Both the position numbers and the translations under genes were made by a program. Below the pieces are notes generated by a model. The model did no database searches, was not told the DNA's origin, and saw only the letters and a program-made list of their open reading frames with translations. This document shows positions 59,038-64,000 of a stretch of 64,000 nucleotides of DNA, in pieces. The DNA lies in contig JBAYRO010000003.1 in assembly GCA_041676645.1 (NCBI GenBank), forward strand, positions 10,888 to 74,887. The letters are read 5' to 3'. The stretch comes from Burkholderiaceae bacterium. Lineage in GTDB: Bacteria > Pseudomonadota > Gammaproteobacteria > Burkholderiales > Burkholderiaceae_E. Every line of letters begins with the position of its first letter. Position 1 is the stretch's first letter.

Positions 59038-59532
59038 TCAGTTGTACAGGGCGCTGACCGTGACATGCCGGCGCGTGTCGGTCATGGCGCTGATCGCCCC
59101 CGAGCCGTCGCGGACCCGGTGGCGTGGAGGAACCCAGCTGATGACGATGCGCACCGTGAGCGGATCGCCGGCGACCGATGCGAACTCGACCGTCGCATCG
59201 CCGGCCGGCAGGCCCACGGCGTCAGCCTGGACCCGGTCCTGCAGCCAGAGATCGAAGAGCGCGCCGCCAGTGGTGAAATCGGCCACCACGGTGGCGGGCG
59301 ACGCAATCTGCATGCGCGCCAGCAGCTCATCGGCGGCGGCCGCGGCCTCGGTGCGGTAGCGCGCATCCGATGTCACCTGGGCGCCGGAGGCCTGGGCGCC
59401 GATCATGCCGAGCACGGCGATCGCGAACACCACGATCGCGATCAGGCTCTCGAGCAGGGTGAAGCCCGCCTGCGCTGGTCGCGGCGCGGCGGGTGTCCGG
59501 AGACGGTGCGAAACGATGTTCATCGACTGCAT
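59038..59532 (-). CDS. pilV: Type IV pilus modification protein/minor pilin PilV
   Basis: Prepilin N terminus ...AQAG/FTLLESLIAIVVFAIAVLGMIGAQ. Confidence 0.8.
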   Translation of the reverse strand: MQSMNIVSHRLRTPAAPRPAQAGFTLLESLIAIVVFAIAVLGMIGAQASGAQVTSDARYRTEAAAAADELLARMQIASPATVVADFTTGGALFDLWLQDRVQADAVGLPAGDATVEFASVAGDPLTVRIVISWVPPRHRVRDGSGAISAMTDTRRHVTVSALYN

Positions 59533-60165
59533 TCAGCACCCCGACGGCAGCCTTGGCTGACAGGCTGAATTGGTTCCCGCAGCTGCGGCCGAATCGCAGA
59601 CCCGGATCGAGCCGCCCGGTGTCACATAGGTGCAGAAGCGCATCGACTGGGCGACATGGTTGAACTGGACGATGCGGGGTTCGGCGAACATCACCGGCGC
59701 ACCGCTGGAGATGTCGACGACGCGGCCCATCGGGGTGAAGGCGACCGACTGGAGATTGCCGGCGGTGCTGATCCCCTTGCCGAAGCGCTCGCGCGATTCG
59801 CCGGCGAGGAACTCGTCGGCATTCGTCGCGCCCTGCACGCGGACCATCCAGGCCGTGGCCGTGGCGGGGGCCGCCGGCGCGGCGCTGGCCACGTTGGCCG
59901 GGCTCGGTTCGGAACTGGTCATGAGGACTTCGACGTTGCGGTTCAGGCGGGTCGCCTCGGCCTGCGCCTTGCGCAGCGCGGAGGCCAGCGACTGGGCGGC
60001 CGCCGTGGCCTGGCGCGAGGCCATCATTTGTTCGAAGCTGGGTACCGCGATCACGATCAGGGCGCCGAGGATGGCGACCGTGAACATGAGCTCGAGCAGG
60101 GTGAAGCCGGCGCTCGCTCGCCGCCGGCCCGTCCGGATGAAACGGCGTGGGCCCGTCATCCTCAT
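59533..60165 (-). CDS. fimT: GspH/FimT-family minor pilin
   Basis: Prepilin N terminus ...ASAG/FTLLELMFTVAILGALIVIAVPSF followed by a GspH-like region (AAAQSLASALRKAQAEA). 4-nt overlap with the upstream pilin gene. Confidence 0.75.
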   Translation of the reverse strand: MRMTGPRRFIRTGRRRASAGFTLLELMFTVAILGALIVIAVPSFEQMMASRQATAAAQSLASALRKAQAEATRLNRNVEVLMTSSEPSPANVASAAPAAPATATAWMVRVQGATNADEFLAGESRERFGKGISTAGNLQSVAFTPMGRVVDISSGAPVMFAEPRIVQFNHVAQSMRFCTYVTPGGSIRVCDSAAAAGTNSACQPRLPSGC

Positions 60166-60596
60166 TCCTTGCGCACGATGAAGCGGTTCACCGGCAGGGC
60201 GCCGGAGTACCAGCCGGCGGGCAGGGCGGCGGTCGCCTCCACGCCGGCATCGTTGATGGTGTAGACGAAGCCCGCCGAGGAATTGATCCCGGTGGCGGTC
60301 AGGGTGAACTGCTGGCCGCTGGCCGCGGTCGTGCAGCTGACATTGAACTGGCCGTCGGCATCATGGAAGTCGGCCACCGCGCAGCCAGCTCCCGAGGCGT
60401 AGCTGCGGTTGCCGGCGTAGAACTGCTCGAGGCGAAGCTTGGTTTCCTTGAGCACCGCGACGCCGGCCGCCAGCCGGGCGCGCTGTGTATAGCTGCCCCA
60501 GGCGGGAATCGCGATGGCCGCGAGGATCCCGATGATCGTCATGACCAGCAGGAGTTCTATGAGGGTGAAGCCTTTGTGCCGACGGGTTCGAGGCAT
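60162..60596 (-). CDS. pilE: PilE-type type IV pilin
   Basis: Leader MPRTRRHKG/FTLIELLLVMTIIGILAAIAIPAW and two Cys in the C-terminal half. First gene of the operon. Confidence 0.8.
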   Translation of the reverse strand: MPRTRRHKGFTLIELLLVMTIIGILAAIAIPAWGSYTQRARLAAGVAVLKETKLRLEQFYAGNRSYASGAGCAVADFHDADGQFNVSCTTAASGQQFTLTATGINSSAGFVYTINDAGVEATAALPAGWYSGALPVNRFIVRKE

Positions 60597-60814
60597 GCGG
60601 TAGTGCTCCGGGAGCAAGGGCCGGTCACCGGGCAGGGCTTGGCGGGATGGCTTTTTCACCGGCTCAAGTTAGTGGGACGGGCGGCGCGCCGCGACGGGAC
60701 ACCGACGGGCGGCGCGTTTGCGGCGTTCAGTGGCGCGCCGCGCTAAGATTGTTCAGGGGACCGCCGCAGCCCGCGGCGCCGGCGGCGCCATGCGCCGAAG
60801 CATCGAAGACACCA

Positions 60815-62794
60815 ATGCCCGTGAAAAACAGCACACCCACCCAGCTCGCCGCCTATCTCGACTGGCTCGCCGATCGTCACGGCCTGCGGTTCGACGACTA
60901 CGAGTCGCTGCACCGCTGGTCGGTAACGGAAGTCGACGCCTTCTGGCGCTCGATCCGCGACTACTTCGATCTGCTCGATGACGGAGACCCCGAGCCGGCA
61001 CTGGCCGAGGAACGCATGCCGGGGGCGGTCTGGTTCCCGGGGCTGTCGCTCAACTATGCCGAGCAGGTCCTGCGCCATGTCCGCGACGGCGATCCGCAGC
61101 GGCCCGCGATCATCCATCGCAGCGAGCTCGGCGATGACGGCGAACTGGGCTGGGCGCAGCTCGGGGAGCGGGTCGCGGCGCTGGCCACGAAGCTCGTCGA
61201 ACTCGGCGTCGAGCCGGGCGACCGGGTGGCGGCCTATCTTCCGAACATTCCCGAGGCGATCGTCGCCTTCCTCGCCACGGCCAGCGTGGGCGGCATCTGG
61301 TCCCTCTGCTCGCCCGACATGGGACCGGTCGGGGTCCTCGACCGCTTCCGCCAGATCGAGCCCAGGTTGCTGGTGACCTGCGATGGCTATGTCTATGGCG
61401 GCAAGCCCCAGGACCGCATGGATGTGGTGGGCGAGATGCTCGCCGAACTTCCCAGCGTTCGCCATGTCCTGGCGCTGCCCTACCTCGATCGCGATCGCCC
61501 ACTGCAGGACTTCGCCGCCGATCGGCCGGTGCATGACCTGCGTGCCGTCTGCGAGGCGCCTGCACCCGCCGGCTGGGCCCCCTTGCGACTGGCCTTCGAC
61601 GCGCCCCTGTGGATCGTCTACTCTAGCGGCACCACCGGCATGCCCAAGCCGATCGTCCATGGCCACGGCGGCGTGGTGCTCGAGCACCTCAAGCTGAGCG
61701 TGCTGCACAACGACCTGGGGCCGGACGACCGCTTCCACTGGTATTCGAGCACCGGCTGGATCATGTGGAACTGCCAGGTCGGCGGCCTGCTCGGCGGAAC
61801 CACGGTCTGCCTCTACGACGGCAATCCGGGCTGGCCCGACATGGGCGCCCTGTGGCGCTTCGCGGCCGATACCGGCGTGACCTTCTTCGGCGCCGGCGCG
61901 GCCTATTACGCGAACTGCGTCAAGGCCGGCGTGCATCCCGCCGAGCACGGCGATCTCTCGCGGCTGCGCGCGCTCGGCTCGACCGGCTCGCCGCTTGCGG
62001 TCGAGAGCTACGAATGGGGCTGGCGGGAGTTCGGCCCCGAGCTGTGGTGGTGCGTGATTTCCGGAGGAACCGATTTCGCCGGCGCCTTCATCGGCGGCAA
62101 CCGGATGCTGCCCACCACGCCTGGCGAGATGCAATGCCGCTGCCTGGGCGCCGCCGTCGAGGCCTGGAGCGAGGACGGCAAGCCGCTGGTCGACGAAGTC
62201 GGCGAACTGGTCTGCGTGCGACCCATGCCCTCGATGCCGCTGCGACTGTGGGGCGACGAGGACGGCAGCCGCTATCGCGACAGCTATTTCGACATGTATC
62301 CGGGAGTCTGGCGCCATGGCGACTGGATCCGGATCACCCCGTCGGGCAGCGCGATCATCTACGGCCGCTCCGACGCCACGATCAACCGCTTCGGCATCCG
62401 CATGGGAACAGCCGAGCTCTATCGCGCGGTGGAGACCATCCCGGCGATTCTCGACAGTCTGGTCGTCGATCTCGAGTATCTCGGCCGGCCCAGCTACATG
62501 CCGCTGTTCGTGGTCCTGCGCGAGGGCGAGGCGCTCGACGAGGCGCTGCTTGCCGAGATCAACGGCCGGATCCGCAGCGCGATGTCGCCGCGCCATCTGC
62601 CTTCGGAGGTGATCGTCGCCCCCGAGGTGCCGCGCACCCTGAGCGGCAAGAAGCTCGAGCTGCCCGTCAGGAAGCTGCTGATGGGGGTGGCGCCGGACCA
62701 GGCGCTCAATCGCGATGCGATGTCGAATCCCGCCAGCATCGACTGGTACGTCGAGTTCGCCACGACCCGCGCGACGGCGGCCGATTCGTCCTGA
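60815..62794 (+). CDS. Acetoacetate--CoA ligase (acetoacetyl-CoA synthetase)
   Basis: N terminus QLAAYLDWLADRHGLRFDDYESLHRWSVTEVDAFW, AMP-binding motif YSSGTTGMPKPIVH, C terminus PRTLSGKKLELPVRKLL. Confidence 0.88.
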   Translation: MPVKNSTPTQLAAYLDWLADRHGLRFDDYESLHRWSVTEVDAFWRSIRDYFDLLDDGDPEPALAEERMPGAVWFPGLSLNYAEQVLRHVRDGDPQRPAIIHRSELGDDGELGWAQLGERVAALATKLVELGVEPGDRVAAYLPNIPEAIVAFLATASVGGIWSLCSPDMGPVGVLDRFRQIEPRLLVTCDGYVYGGKPQDRMDVVGEMLAELPSVRHVLALPYLDRDRPLQDFAADRPVHDLRAVCEAPAPAGWAPLRLAFDAPLWIVYSSGTTGMPKPIVHGHGGVVLEHLKLSVLHNDLGPDDRFHWYSSTGWIMWNCQVGGLLGGTTVCLYDGNPGWPDMGALWRFAADTGVTFFGAGAAYYANCVKAGVHPAEHGDLSRLRALGSTGSPLAVESYEWGWREFGPELWWCVISGGTDFAGAFIGGNRMLPTTPGEMQCRCLGAAVEAWSEDGKPLVDEVGELVCVRPMPSMPLRLWGDEDGSRYRDSYFDMYPGVWRHGDWIRITPSGSAIIYGRSDATINRFGIRMGTAELYRAVETIPAILDSLVVDLEYLGRPSYMPLFVVLREGEALDEALLAEINGRIRSAMSPRHLPSEVIVAPEVPRTLSGKKLELPVRKLLMGVAPDQALNRDAMSNPASIDWYVEFATTRATAADSS

Positions 62795-62845
62795 GCATGC
62801 AGGGGCGTGCGCTGGCGCGCGCTTCGTCGTTTTTCCGGAGACTTC

Positions 62846-64000
62846 ATGAACAAGCAGAATCCTCCCGTCGAATCCGCCGACCAGGTTGCGATCCGTGCGC
62901 TGCGCGACGCCGCCCTGGATTACCACCGCAATCCGACGCGGGGAAAGATCTCGGTCATACCCACCAAGCCGCTGCTGAACCAGCGTGACCTGTCACTGGC
63001 CTATTCGCCAGGCGTTGCCTATGCCTGCACCGCCATCGCCGAGGATCCCGCGCTGGCGGCGGAGTTCACTTCGCGGGGCAACCTGGTCGGTGTCATCACC
63101 AATGGCACGGCGGTGCTCGGCCTGGGCGACATCGGCCCGCTGGCGGGCAAGCCGGTCATGGAAGGCAAGGCCTGCCTGTTCAAGAAATTCGCGGGCATCG
63201 ACGTCTTCGACATCGAGCTCGACGAGCGCGACCCCGATCGGCTGGTCGACATCATTGCAGCCCTGCAGCCCACGCTCGGGGGCATCAATCTCGAGGACAT
63301 CAAGGCGCCGGAGTGCTTCTACATCGAACGCAAGCTGCGCGAGCGCCTGCGCATACCCGTCTTCCACGACGACCAGCATGGCACGGCGATCATTTCGTCG
63401 GCGGCGATGATCAACGGGCTCGAGCTGGTCGGCAAGACGATCACGCAGGTGCGGGTTGCGGTATCGGGCGCGGGGGCCGCGGCGATCGCCTGCGTCGACC
63501 TGATGGTCCAGCTCGGGGTGCGTGCCGAGAACATCCTGATGTGCGACTCGCGGGGCGTCCTGCGCCCGGACCGGGGCGACGCCATCCAGGAGGACAAGCT
63601 GCGCTATGCGCGCGAGACCGACGCCAGGACGCTTGCCGACGCGGTGCGCGGGGCCGATGTCTTCCTCGGCTGCTCGGCGGCCGACGTGCTTTCGCCGGAG
63701 ATGCTCCAGACGATGGCGGAGCGTCCGATCGTGCTGGCGCTCGCCAATCCGGATCCCGAGATCCGTCCCGAGCTGGCGAAGCAGGCGCGGCCCGATTGCA
63801 TCATCGCCACGGGTCGCTCCGACAATCCGAACCAGGTCAACAACGTCCTGTGCTTTCCCTACATCTTCCGGGGGGCGCTCGATTGCGGGGCGAGCGCCGT
63901 GACCGAAAGCATGAAGCTTGCCTGTGTGCACGAGATCGCCGCGCTGGCCAAGGCCGAGGTGAGTGCCGAAGTGGCTGGCGCCTATCCGGGCGAGGACATC
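62846..64000 (+). CDS. maeB: NADP-dependent malic enzyme (MaeB), 3' end outside the window
   Basis: My own translation from ATG 62846; the frame stays open to the window end, so it is absent from the ORF track. It gives ...[39 protein letters not shown]...[47 protein letters not shown]. Confidence 0.9.
   Translation, partial: MNKQNPPVESADQVAIRALRDAALDYHRNPTRGKISVIPTKPLLNQRDLSLAYSPGVAYACTAIAEDPALAAEFTSRGNLVGVITNGTAVLGLGDIGPLAGKPVMEGKACLFKKFAGIDVFDIELDERDPDRLVDIIAALQPTLGGINLEDIKAPECFYIERKLRERLRIPVFHDDQHGTAIISSAAMINGLELVGKTITQVRVAVSGAGAAAIACVDLMVQLGVRAENILMCDSRGVLRPDRGDAIQEDKLRYARETDARTLADAVRGADVFLGCSAADVLSPEMLQTMAERPIVLALANPDPEIRPELAKQARPDCIIATGRSDNPNQVNNVLCFPYIFRGALDCGASAVTESMKLACVHEIAALAKAEVSAEVAGAYPGEDI

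Overview
The window is a GC-rich proteobacterial chromosome segment with strong third-position G+C bias, so nearly every real gene has a long spurious antisense ORF. Most of it is conserved housekeeping sequence in well-known syntenic blocks. These are surE-pcm-nlpD, ndk-rlmN-pilF(pilW)-rodZ-ispG-hisS-yfgM-bamB-der-hfq-hflX-hflK-hflC-DUF2065-hisZ-purA, then tRNA-Leu(CAG), rnr and rlmB. This order is typical of Beta- and some Gammaproteobacteria; I cannot assign a genus. I saw no CRISPR array, transposase, integrase, prophage or recognisable defence genes.

The less ordinary parts are:
1. A five-gene peptide/nickel-type ABC importer followed by a tandem (two-module) TetR regulator.
2. An orphan NarL-type response regulator facing a fused circularly-permuted ATP-grasp/alpha-E gene plus a transglutaminase gene. 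This family is only known from computational prediction.
3. A stripped-down Pil-Chp-like chemosensory operon: a pseudo-REC/linker/PilG-like response regulator, a 34-codon ORF, CheW, MCP and CheA-REC, with no CheR, CheB or PilH.
4. A tightly coupled type IV pilus minor-pilin operon (pilE-fimT-pilV-pilW-pilX-pilY1). It carries an extra TonB-C-like lipoprotein, and a secreted thermonuclease gene follows.
5. Several small signals: a promoter-plus-terminator unit upstream of ndk, apparently leaderless dusA and surE, and convergent genes whose stop codons abut.

Nothing here is proven novel. The chemosensory module and the ATP-grasp/transglutaminase pair are the best candidates for poorly described biology. 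All calls rest on reading the translations and on remembered family motifs; no searches were run.
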